Shown here: positions 37,400 to 45,996 of the stretch, piece after piece
Layout of the letters: each line of letters opens with the position of its first letter
Position numbering within the stretch: the first letter of the stretch is position 1
Notes under the pieces: generated by a model
The model's database searches: none
Seen by the model: only the letters and a program-made list of their open reading frames with translations
What the model was told of the DNA's origin: nothing
Translations under genes and position numbers: made by a program
Assembly (NCBI GenBank): GCA_934725015.1
Contig: CAKVAS010000005.1
Span: forward strand, 123,088 to 187,087
DNA from: an uncultured Bacteroidales bacterium
Lineage (GTDB): Bacteria; Bacteroidota; Bacteroidia; Bacteroidales; UBA932
Direction: 5' to 3'
DNA length: 64,000 nucleotides

Positions 37400-37991
37400 A
37401 CTTCTGCTTCGCAACTGGAATATCAGACCATTCAAGATAGGTTGCATTGTCGGATTTCCAAAAATCAGGATTGCGGACATCGTAGCCCATAGCCTCCGCG
37501 TAGTCCAGAATCATGTCGTTCGTAAGGCGCTTCTTCTTGATGCGCTCTTTGTATTTCTCAGTCTGCTCAAACGGAAAAGGCTCCCCGATTTCATAGAAGT
37601 CCCAGCGAGGATCCTGCATTACGCGAACCAGTCGCTTTTCATGCTCTTTTCCAATATGGCAAAACAACCTCATATCATAAACTTCATCATCTATCTTGAT
37701 CTCCGGATCCAATGTCAGACAAATCTGAGTAACATCATATCCATAACGCAGATTCAAAACATAGCATGTTGTATAGAACCCATCCGACTGGTTACCATAC
37801 ATAGCAGTCTGATTTTCGGAAATACTCCAGAGAGCCATCTTGTTAATTATGCCACAATTAACATAGGACAAGTCAATCTTTAACGGAGCAGTTGTTTTTT
37901 GAACAATATGTCTTGCCTCTTTCATACTCACTATTGCGTTACCGACACTTTCGAGGTCGGCTTTAATAAATGTAAAATACCTTGTAATCAT
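37398..37991 (-). CDS. putative cognate immunity protein of the Rhs1 tip, paralogue 1
   Basis: Starts 7 nt after the Rhs1 stop. 197 aa, same family as paralogues 2 and 3. Confidence 0.75.
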   Translation of the reverse strand: MITRYFTFIKADLESVGNAIVSMKEARHIVQKTTAPLKIDLSYVNCGIINKMALWSISENQTAMYGNQSDGFYTTCYVLNLRYGYDVTQICLTLDPEIKIDDEVYDMRLFCHIGKEHEKRLVRVMQDPRWDFYEIGEPFPFEQTEKYKERIKKKRLTNDMILDYAEAMGYDVRNPDFWKSDNATYLEWSDIPVAKQK

Positions 37992-37998
37992 ACTCTTT

Positions 37999-40900
37999 TT
38001 ATTTTAAAATTATAATCGGGTCTAATGGGGTGATCCCATCTATTATTTCACATTCGAATTCAGATTCAGGATCGTTCTTCTTAATAATTTTCCTATGACG
38101 GTCACTGTTCTTCCTAGTTCTGTCAACCTCATAGTTATAGTGATGACCTCCCTGATTCCATTGAACATCCGGACGGTTGTTCCCAACTTTATTGCCATCA
38201 ACATCGACTTGAACCTGATTTTTACGAATCTGTTTTACATCATTCTGAGGTATGAGTTCTTGAATCTTCTGGTCAATAGCATCATTATGGTCAGCATTTC
38301 CATGCGGTTTCGCATCGCCTCCGTTAGGTTTCGGTCCACGCTTCATCCCCTTGGCAACATCCGTGGCGTTGTCAACGCATTCGGCAGTCTTCACCGCATC
38401 CAATGCCTTGTCGGCTGCCCTTGTCGCATCCACCGCGTCATCGACGGCATCCGCAGCCTTGGCGGCCTTGATTCCCGCTCGCACGGCTCCGACTCCTCCC
38501 GGGACGAGCGGGACGGCAGCCGCAACCATGTCCACGACGATGCCGCCGGCGTCAAACACCGCGCCCCAGACATTGCCGGCCCTGACATTGTCGGCGAAGC
38601 TCCTGACGCCGAGCCCCACGCTGAACAGGTCCCAGACAATGTCGGGGAACCTGCCGTCCGGATCCACAAAGTTAACAGGATTATTCAGACAAAAGGCATA
38701 CGGGGAGAAATTCGCCGTCTTTTCCGCCAGGGCATCGGAGGTGTGCCAGCGCATCAGCACCGGGTCGTAATGCCTCGCCCCGAAGTCGTGCCATCCGAGA
38801 CCGAACTCGCCGACGCGCTCCTTGCCCAAGTACTTGTACGGCTGAGTGTCCGGAACCGGCGTCGAGAGCAGCGCTCCGGACGGATAGTAGGAGTTTATCT
38901 CCTCCACCGCGCCGTCCCCGTTGCGGACGAGGCGGACGCTGCCGAGATAGTCCCTTATGAAGTGGCGGTACTTTCCGTCCCTGAAGGAATAGTATCCCGT
39001 CGCGGTCTGAAGCATCTCCGGAACGCCGTCCCGATATATCACGCCGTCGAAATAGTCCCTGCGGACATCCTCCCTGCCGGGTTCCTCTACCGTCAGCGAG
39101 CGCTTCCTCCCCTCCGCATCCCAGCCATACACAAGCCTGCCGCCGCTCCCGAACGAAATCGTGTCAGGCAACGACAGGTGGTTGTACGAGAGCGACAGTC
39201 CCCGGTTGTCGTCATGCACGAGGTTTCCGCAGGCGTCATACTCATACTGAACCGCCGCCCGCGAACCGCCGTTGAAGCGGTTGTATGCACGGTTCGGATG
39301 CTCGGTCGCCACGGCGTCGCCCACACGGACCAGATGGTTGCCGTCGTATTCCAGCGTCAGGTCATCCACCCGCTCGAAGGAATTGTCTCCGGTCTGTCCT
39401 GTTCGCCTGAGGCTGAGGAGATTGCCGTTGAGGTCGTAGGACGGAAACATCTCGTCGTATCGTCCGATATTATCCATCAGAGCAGAACCCTCGGCGTAAC
39501 TTGCCGCAGTAAGCCGTCCGGATGCATCATAGCCATACTTGTAGCCCTGCCACTGCTGATTCCCCACCTTCCAGCTGACGGCGCTCACGAACCCGTTATG
39601 GCGGCGAGCGCCGGGTCCGATGTTGTAGTACAGGTTCTGGCTGAAGTCCGTCCCGGAGATTGAGGTGGGCAGGTTCCTTATGTTATAGGAATATGACAGG
39701 CTGTCCAGACTCTCCCCATAGACGGTCTTCACGAGCCTTCCGACGTCGTCATAGACGTTCCGCAGAAGCGGTTTCATGTCCCCGCCGTTCATCGCATGGG
39801 ACGTTTCCGCGAGCCGCCCCGCGCGGTCGTAGCCGAATGCCTGCGTCTCGGTAAAGACGGTGTCCGCGCCGCGAAGATGAACCCTTTTCTTCAGGGTCGG
39901 CCTGCCGGCGATGCTGTAGTTGGTGAAGACCTCGTCCATGACGCCGGTTCGCGTGTCATGGGAGGCCGTCCTCACCGGGCGGTCAAGTTCGTCGTACCAG
40001 TATGACGTGAGCGTCTCACCCTCACCTGCCATGTCACGCACTCGCCTGCCGGTCAGCTGCCCGACGGCAGAGATGTCCCTGCCCTCAACGACATTGTCAT
40101 GCACCGGCACGAAGCGCGAGTCCGGCGCCACGGGAGCGGCAGGCAGAGAGGCCGCGATGCAGGAAAGAGACCTGTAGTCGTAACTGTCGTAGTAACTTAT
40201 GGTAAGATACTCCGGCTCGGCAAGAGTCAGATTGCTTATCACATACCCCGTCTCGCCAGTCGTGAGTCCGGACGGGCTCGCATACACGAAAAATGACTTT
40301 ATGCCCTCTACATCCGTGTTGCGGCAGAGCCCCGTCATGACCTGACGGCCGTGCCTGTCGGGAATCTCAAAACGCCATTTCCCCTCTTTTCTCAGTTCGC
40401 CGTCCTGAACGAATATGCAGTGTCCGGCCCTGTCGTAGTGCCGATACTCCCATTCCTTGCCGGGCTCCTTGACACGAACAGGACGGTTCAGAGGGTCATA
40501 GCCATAAATGTAGGCATATTTATCCAGCAGAGCCTGCTTTTCTTCTTCTGTCGTCACAGAGTCGAGGGCGGCGGAAGCCATAGGCGGAAGGACAATCCGC
40601 AGATTTCCGTAGTTGTCGTAAAGGAAGTATGTATCCAGACGCGTGCCGCCGAGGAAGCGACGCTCAAGCACCGTCTGGCCCACCGGATTGACAAAGGAGA
40701 ACACGGTTATGCCGTCCTCGTCGGACGACTCGCGTATGTTCAGATAGCCGTCCGGATACAGTCCCGAGGACGAGAAACGGTCGTTGTCACGCTCCCTGAC
40801 ATAGACAAACTGCAGCAGCCGGCACGAGCGGGCGGAGGTCGTGCCGTTCAGGGAATATTTCCTTGACCTGAATTTCCGGTCATTCCGCCAAGCCTGTCCC

Positions 40901-43900
40901 GGCCCGTGTTCCTCAAGCAGTCGGCCGGAGGATGACTTCTCATGGACATATTCCGAGTACGGGGACATATCATTGTAATATCCTCGGGTATATGGCAGAA
41001 GCCCCTGAAAATAGTTTCCGTCGGACTCGACTGGCGTCGGGAGCGACTGCCGGACGACTCTCCCGAGCGCGTCCGGCACAATGTCCGAGACCACGTCCTT
41101 CCCGGAACTCCCTACCTGACGAGCCACAGACTGAACCGGATGCCCGAAGGCATTGTAAAAGTCACGGGTTCTGAGATGGAGGGTGTCGTCGAGACGGGTG
41201 CTCGTCCCGATGCTGTTGCGGGTGACGCTTCCGGAATAGCCGAAGCTGTAGTCGTATGACTTCAGCGTCTGCCACCTGCCGCCGACCATAACTTTTTCTT
41301 TTGTCAGGCGGCCGCAGCCGTCGTATTCGTAGCCCGTCCGCCGCCCGTCGGGAGCGACCGTCCCGGTGAGTCCGACCAGAGGAGTGTATTCATATCGCCT
41401 GACATGGGCATCCGGGAGCAGCGCCGGCAGTTCGTCAAGGGAGCAGCCGCTGCCTATCTCACTCTCCACCTGAGAATACGTAGCGTTGCGCACGACCAGA
41501 GACGGATACCTGTCGTCAGTTCCCCACAGATAGACATAAGGCACGCCGTCCTCATCAACGGCACTGAGCGGCTGTCCGTGAGAATTGAACATCCCGACCT
41601 CGAAGGTCCGCTTCCACTCGGGAGAATTGCTGTTTGTGTAATAGGTCTCCGTCTTCTTCTCACAGATGTTGCCCCCGTCAAGGACATAGTGATGGTTCCT
41701 CGTCACCGTCGGCCCGGTGATTTTCGTCAGCCGAGTGTGCGTCTCCTCTATCACTGCCGAGACAAAGTTCCTCGCCGCCATGGTGTCAAGGACGGCGGAA
41801 GGAAGAAGGGAGGAGTCGTACAGGTAGCGGCGGAAAGACACATCGCGCCACAGACCGGAACCGTTTTTTACACTGCGGTCGTGGTATGTGCACAACGAAT
41901 GCGACCTGACGTCACGGTCTATCGCATTATAGGCATACGACTCCGTTGTTACCTTAGGTGTGTCACCGTCATATTCAGTCGTTTCCGTCCCGACAAGCTT
42001 CTTCCATCCCGTCGAGACGCAGATGTCGAAGAAATAGAAGTTGAAGACTGACTTGCAATAAAAGTACAGAAAATCGCCTGTATCCGCCACATTCCAATCT
42101 CTATAGCGCGGAAGAATTCCCTTGGAATAAATGCCGACAGGCTCCCTGTCTTTCCGCCCAAATTCTTTGTATGTGTTTTTTACAGAGCGCTTCAGTGCAT
42201 ATTCTCCGCCTTTCCATTCGTATTCGTCCAAGCTGGAAAGACAGCCGTTGACCCATGAATTGTCAACGACATATCCCGGAATCTCATACCTTGAATCAGA
42301 AAATCCGCCAATCCTCTGAACAGATGTATATAACCCGGAGCCCATGGCCTCCGAGAGTTTGTCCTTCCATTGCGTGTAGGCCTCACGCTGTGAACTATAA
42401 TACCTTTCCTGAAACTGGGCCGTCGATACGAACTCAGGCTCTTTGACATCAAAGCCATATACAGTCTTCAAGGTGTCGGACGGTGCGGAAGAGTCCGTTA
42501 TCTTTTCAACAATCCTGCGGTATGCAATCCGGGCAGAATAATTGTAGCCGGGAACCAGCGGCTCCGAACTGCACGTCCATGACTGAACGATTTCAAAATC
42601 TGCGCTTTCGCCCTCGACATTCAGATTTCTTATCTGCGACACCGAATAGTCCTCAAACAGGCTTGAGCCAAAGGATATGTTAAAATGCTGCGGGTTCGAA
42701 TAGTCATAGTTCCGCGTAATCGTCCGTCCCGTTGCCAAGTCTTTTGAGATTACTTTCTTCACCTTGATTGCCGGAGTTCGCGGTATGTCATAATCCTCCG
42801 TGTCATAAACGAACTCGGTGTATGCTCCGGTTATGCCAGTTACCGACTTGAGAGAATGAATTTTTGCCGCGCTCGCCGAATGACTCCTGTCCGCGATATA
42901 GGTGTCATAATATTTGTCCCCGACAGGCAGATAGCCCAGCAGGCTCGGATTGGACTTGCCGTTGTAGTACCCCTGCAGGTCCTGGGCATAATAGCAGTTG
43001 GGGGAACACATTGCCAGATAGCCCAGACTGGACTTGGCGGCAAGGTCCGACACGGAGACGTCCTCATTATAATACTTGAAGTCATAGCTGTCATAGACAG
43101 TTTCAGCTGCGCCCTTGAAAGTCACCGTCTCCAGTTTAAGGCGGCCTCCGGCAAACTTACCATGTTCAAACTCAACTATCCGCAGTTTCTTTCCGTATTT
43201 GTCATACAGAGTTATTCCAGCAAGGCGAAACCGCCGTCCGTCAGCATTCGATTCCGCAGTAGTGAACACAAGCTTGCCCTGAGAGAACGTTATCTCTTTC
43301 AGAACAGGTGCGGAGTTCACCGTCCTCGTGTGGATGATGCTGCTGGCCTCACGGTCCGGCTGGGCTGCTCTTCCGACCTGCCTGATTTCATAGGAATGGG
43401 ACAGGGTCCTGTCGATGTATAAGTCCGAACGCCCGGCATAGACAAAGTTTATACTGTCCGTTTTGTTCATTGAGACAATCTTTGTCAGATACCATGCGCT
43501 GTCGTATGTATAAGACTCGCACAGCGGACTCATCCTTCCGGTCTTATGGTTATAGACCGTGGATACAACCGTCGATGTCTCCGCCTGTTCATAGTAATAG
43601 GAGGTTCCGCTGTCGTCAGTGATGACGAATCCCGCCGTCAGTTTCCCTGTACTGTTTACAAGCCTCCGGATGCGGTTTTCAGTATATGGAACCTGCAAAT
43701 AGTTATTGTAATCGGTAATGTAGAATGAGCCTCCGGTCTTTCCCGTCGTGTAGTCGTAGCGGTCGCGCATCTTATCCGTGCCGTTGAGACCGTTGCTCTT
43801 TTCCGCTATGGTCAGATTGAGAGACGCTGCGTCTTTGTCCGCACGGATTTTTGAGGCAGTCGGAAGTTCCGGGTTCATACTCTTGTCCGGAAGCCCGTTG

Positions 43901-44256
43901 ACCGTGAGGTTCACTACGCCTCCGGCGTTCAGCACCCAGCCGAGTCCCGCCCAGCTCGCCTTGTCGGTGACCCTGACTCCGCCGCCGATGTAGGAAAGGG
44001 ATACGGGGAATGTCAGTTCGCGGGTACGGATTTCATAAATGGGAATTGACACGTCGACCTGTCCCGAAGCCTGAGAGACGGAATACTGTCCGTAGTTGAG
44101 AAATGCGGCGGCCTCGGGCGTGGGAGGAACGAGATAGGGATTGTTCTCCGCGGACATGAGAGTGCTTCCGACGGCGAGGGTCTGTGCCGGAAGACGGAGG
44201 CCTGACGAGGCGAGAAGCAGAGCCAGAGTGCAGAGGGTCAGCAGTTTCTGTTTCAT
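37999..44256 (-). CDS. Rhs/YD-repeat polymorphic toxin 1 (Sec signal, SpvB-like N-terminus, YD repeats, Rhs core, PT-TG-like region and nuclease-like tip)
   Basis: Signal MKQKLLTLCTLALLLASSGLRLPAQ and SpvB-type SIPIYEIRTRELTFPVSLSYIGGG...GLGWVL. Many YD repeats (YEYDGCGRLTKEK, YGYDPLNRPV, and others). The core ends at NNPVNFVDPDGRF (about 38649-38690) and a 215-aa tip follows. Confidence 0.92.
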   Translation of the reverse strand: MKQKLLTLCTLALLLASSGLRLPAQTLAVGSTLMSAENNPYLVPPTPEAAAFLNYGQYSVSQASGQVDVSIPIYEIRTRELTFPVSLSYIGGGVRVTDKASWAGLGWVLNAGGVVNLTVNGLPDKSMNPELPTASKIRADKDAASLNLTIAEKSNGLNGTDKMRDRYDYTTGKTGGSFYITDYNNYLQVPYTENRIRRLVNSTGKLTAGFVITDDSGTSYYYEQAETSTVVSTVYNHKTGRMSPLCESYTYDSAWYLTKIVSMNKTDSINFVYAGRSDLYIDRTLSHSYEIRQVGRAAQPDREASSIIHTRTVNSAPVLKEITFSQGKLVFTTAESNADGRRFRLAGITLYDKYGKKLRIVEFEHGKFAGGRLKLETVTFKGAAETVYDSYDFKYYNEDVSVSDLAAKSSLGYLAMCSPNCYYAQDLQGYYNGKSNPSLLGYLPVGDKYYDTYIADRSHSASAAKIHSLKSVTGITGAYTEFVYDTEDYDIPRTPAIKVKKVISKDLATGRTITRNYDYSNPQHFNISFGSSLFEDYSVSQIRNLNVEGESADFEIVQSWTCSSEPLVPGYNYSARIAYRRIVEKITDSSAPSDTLKTVYGFDVKEPEFVSTAQFQERYYSSQREAYTQWKDKLSEAMGSGLYTSVQRIGGFSDSRYEIPGYVVDNSWVNGCLSSLDEYEWKGGEYALKRSVKNTYKEFGRKDREPVGIYSKGILPRYRDWNVADTGDFLYFYCKSVFNFYFFDICVSTGWKKLVGTETTEYDGDTPKVTTESYAYNAIDRDVRSHSLCTYHDRSVKNGSGLWRDVSFRRYLYDSSLLPSAVLDTMAARNFVSAVIEETHTRLTKITGPTVTRNHHYVLDGGNICEKKTETYYTNSNSPEWKRTFEVGMFNSHGQPLSAVDEDGVPYVYLWGTDDRYPSLVVRNATYSQVESEIGSGCSLDELPALLPDAHVRRYEYTPLVGLTGTVAPDGRRTGYEYDGCGRLTKEKVMVGGRWQTLKSYDYSFGYSGSVTRNSIGTSTRLDDTLHLRTRDFYNAFGHPVQSVARQVGSSGKDVVSDIVPDALGRVVRQSLPTPVESDGNYFQGLLPYTRGYYNDMSPYSEYVHEKSSSGRLLEEHGPGQAWRNDRKFRSRKYSLNGTTSARSCRLLQFVYVRERDNDRFSSSGLYPDGYLNIRESSDEDGITVFSFVNPVGQTVLERRFLGGTRLDTYFLYDNYGNLRIVLPPMASAALDSVTTEEEKQALLDKYAYIYGYDPLNRPVRVKEPGKEWEYRHYDRAGHCIFVQDGELRKEGKWRFEIPDRHGRQVMTGLCRNTDVEGIKSFFVYASPSGLTTGETGYVISNLTLAEPEYLTISYYDSYDYRSLSCIAASLPAAPVAPDSRFVPVHDNVVEGRDISAVGQLTGRRVRDMAGEGETLTSYWYDELDRPVRTASHDTRTGVMDEVFTNYSIAGRPTLKKRVHLRGADTVFTETQAFGYDRAGRLAETSHAMNGGDMKPLLRNVYDDVGRLVKTVYGESLDSLSYSYNIRNLPTSISGTDFSQNLYYNIGPGARRHNGFVSAVSWKVGNQQWQGYKYGYDASGRLTAASYAEGSALMDNIGRYDEMFPSYDLNGNLLSLRRTGQTGDNSFERVDDLTLEYDGNHLVRVGDAVATEHPNRAYNRFNGGSRAAVQYEYDACGNLVHDDNRGLSLSYNHLSLPDTISFGSGGRLVYGWDAEGRKRSLTVEEPGREDVRRDYFDGVIYRDGVPEMLQTATGYYSFRDGKYRHFIRDYLGSVRLVRNGDGAVEEINSYYPSGALLSTPVPDTQPYKYLGKERVGEFGLGWHDFGARHYDPVLMRWHTSDALAEKTANFSPYAFCLNNPVNFVDPDGRFPDIVWDLFSVGLGVRSFADNVRAGNVWGAVFDAGGIVVDMVAAAVPLVPGGVGAVRAGIKAAKAADAVDDAVDATRAADKALDAVKTAECVDNATDVAKGMKRGPKPNGGDAKPHGNADHNDAIDQKIQELIPQNDVKQIRKNQVQVDVDGNKVGNNRPDVQWNQGGHHYNYEVDRTRKNSDRHRKIIKKNDPESEFECEIIDGITPLDPIIILK

Positions 44257-44299
44257 GAGAAGCTTGGTTTGTGTGGTTATCGTTAAGCGGGGATAAATT

Positions 44300-45988
44300 T
44301 CATAGTATCGTCGGCTTTATGAAGATGTTGAGCTTCGTTTCGGTCCTGTTCTTCTTCGTCTTGCCGAATACGGAGCGGAGCACCGGGACACGGGAGGCAT
44401 AAGGAAGGCCTCTGGAGGAATTGTCCGTCAGGTTCTTCTCGATGCCGCCGAGCAGGACCATATCCCCGTCCTTGACCCTTATGATGGAAGTGAAGCTGCG
44501 CCTGGAGATTCCCGGAGGGGCATATTCGTCGTCCTTCGAGCCTGTGTCGGTGAACTCGTCCTGGCTGAGGCTGACCGTGAGGGTGATGGTGCTGTCGCGG
44601 CTCATGTACGGCGTGATGTCGAGGACGAAGTTCGCCTCGACGTTCTTCCACAGATAGGACTCCGACTGCAAGGGATTCTGCGTGCCGATGATGTTCACCT
44701 GACTTTCCTTGTAATATTTCACCTCGCCGCTCTTCAGCACGGCCTTGTGACCGTTCAGAGTGGATAGCCTCGGCGTGGAGCGGAGCGAAATCCTGCCGCT
44801 CTCCTCAAGGAGCTGGAGGTCGGCATAGAAAAACTGAGAAACCTGTCCCAGATTGATTGAGCCGAGACCGCTGAACGACGCGAGCAGGCGGTTTATCGAG
44901 TCCGCGTTAAGCGTCAGGCCAAGCCCCGGCGAGAAAGTAGCACTGTTCTTTCCCTTCTCAGAACCGACTCCAAGCCCCAGCCCGAGGGACTGCGCGGAAC
45001 TTGTCGTCGCATCCACAATCATCACGTCAATCGAAATCAGCGGAACGCTCACGTCTATCTCGGAAAGGAACGACAGGATTTCCGACGCCGCCTGTCTGTC
45101 TCCGCTGACGACGACGCCGTTGAGGTCCGTGAACGGCGTGATTTCCATGTTCTGCTTCAGCGAAGACGGGATTATGTTCACGACATCCTCGACAGTCCTG
45201 TGCCTCATGGCATAGACGACGGTTCCGGTCTGCGGAGACGCATCCTCCCGCTCGTCGAAGAACGCGGAAGAGAATGCGCCGCGTTCCTTTCCGCTCTCGA
45301 ACAGACACCACGAATCTCCTTCCCGGCGGGCAGAAAGCACATTCACGGCCGCGATGGTCTTCACGGCCTCGTCGAGTGTCATTCCCGTTCCGAACGCCGA
45401 CACCTGCCGCTCGGCCAATGAATTGGGATAAAGGAGATTGCATCCGGTCACTGCATTGAAGCGGCGCGCCACTGCATCAAGCGTGCAGGCCGAGATGTCG
45501 AAGGAAAACGCCGTGCTGTCCGCAGAGTCACGGAAAAACCTGACCTCCGGGGCCGGCACTGGAGGAACGAAGTCAGTCAATGCGACTATATCCCCGGAAA
45601 ATGTCGCCTCTATGCCTTTCTCGTTACAGATGAATGCCAGAACATCGCAGACCGGTATTTTCTGGATATTGCAGGTAATCGTCTTTCGCTTGTCGAAGTT
45701 TATGGCGATGCTCAGCCCGTTCGATATGGCAATGCCCTTCATGAGTTCGGCGACCGAGAAGTTGGTCACTGAGACATCTATCTCATTATTGTAGGCAGGG
45801 ATTCTTTCGGCCAGGGCGGAAAAGTTCCGGCGCAGAAGCCAGGCGCGGGATGTCGAATCTGCGGCGGGGAGACACGACGGGAAGGCCGATGACCGGCTAT
45901 GCTTGGGGCAGGTTCCGAAGAGCCGGGCCGGACTCAGAATGAGGAGGCAGGCCAGACTTAAAATCAGGGAGAGAAGGCAGCGTTTCAT
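44300..45988 (-). CDS. secretin (GspD/PilQ family outer-membrane channel)
   Basis: Signal peptide, N-domains, and a C-terminal secretin domain ...TPRLSTLNGHKAVLKSGEVKYY...VKDGDMVLLGGIEKNLTDNSSRGLPYASRVPVLRSVFG...TETKLNIFIKPTIL. Confidence 0.9.
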   Translation of the reverse strand: MKRCLLSLILSLACLLILSPARLFGTCPKHSRSSAFPSCLPAADSTSRAWLLRRNFSALAERIPAYNNEIDVSVTNFSVAELMKGIAISNGLSIAINFDKRKTITCNIQKIPVCDVLAFICNEKGIEATFSGDIVALTDFVPPVPAPEVRFFRDSADSTAFSFDISACTLDAVARRFNAVTGCNLLYPNSLAERQVSAFGTGMTLDEAVKTIAAVNVLSARREGDSWCLFESGKERGAFSSAFFDEREDASPQTGTVVYAMRHRTVEDVVNIIPSSLKQNMEITPFTDLNGVVVSGDRQAASEILSFLSEIDVSVPLISIDVMIVDATTSSAQSLGLGLGVGSEKGKNSATFSPGLGLTLNADSINRLLASFSGLGSINLGQVSQFFYADLQLLEESGRISLRSTPRLSTLNGHKAVLKSGEVKYYKESQVNIIGTQNPLQSESYLWKNVEANFVLDITPYMSRDSTITLTVSLSQDEFTDTGSKDDEYAPPGISRRSFTSIIRVKDGDMVLLGGIEKNLTDNSSRGLPYASRVPVLRSVFGKTKKNRTETKLNIFIKPTIL

Positions 45989-45996
45989 ATATCAGG

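Larger units (their letters stand above)
35829..37628. repeat. three direct copies of a roughly 230-bp near-identical segment (3' ends of the immunity paralogues)
   Basis: Copies at 35829-36065, 36610-36840 and 37398-37628 encode the shared VRVMQDPRWD...LEWS region. The period is about 780-790 bp. Confidence 0.85.
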
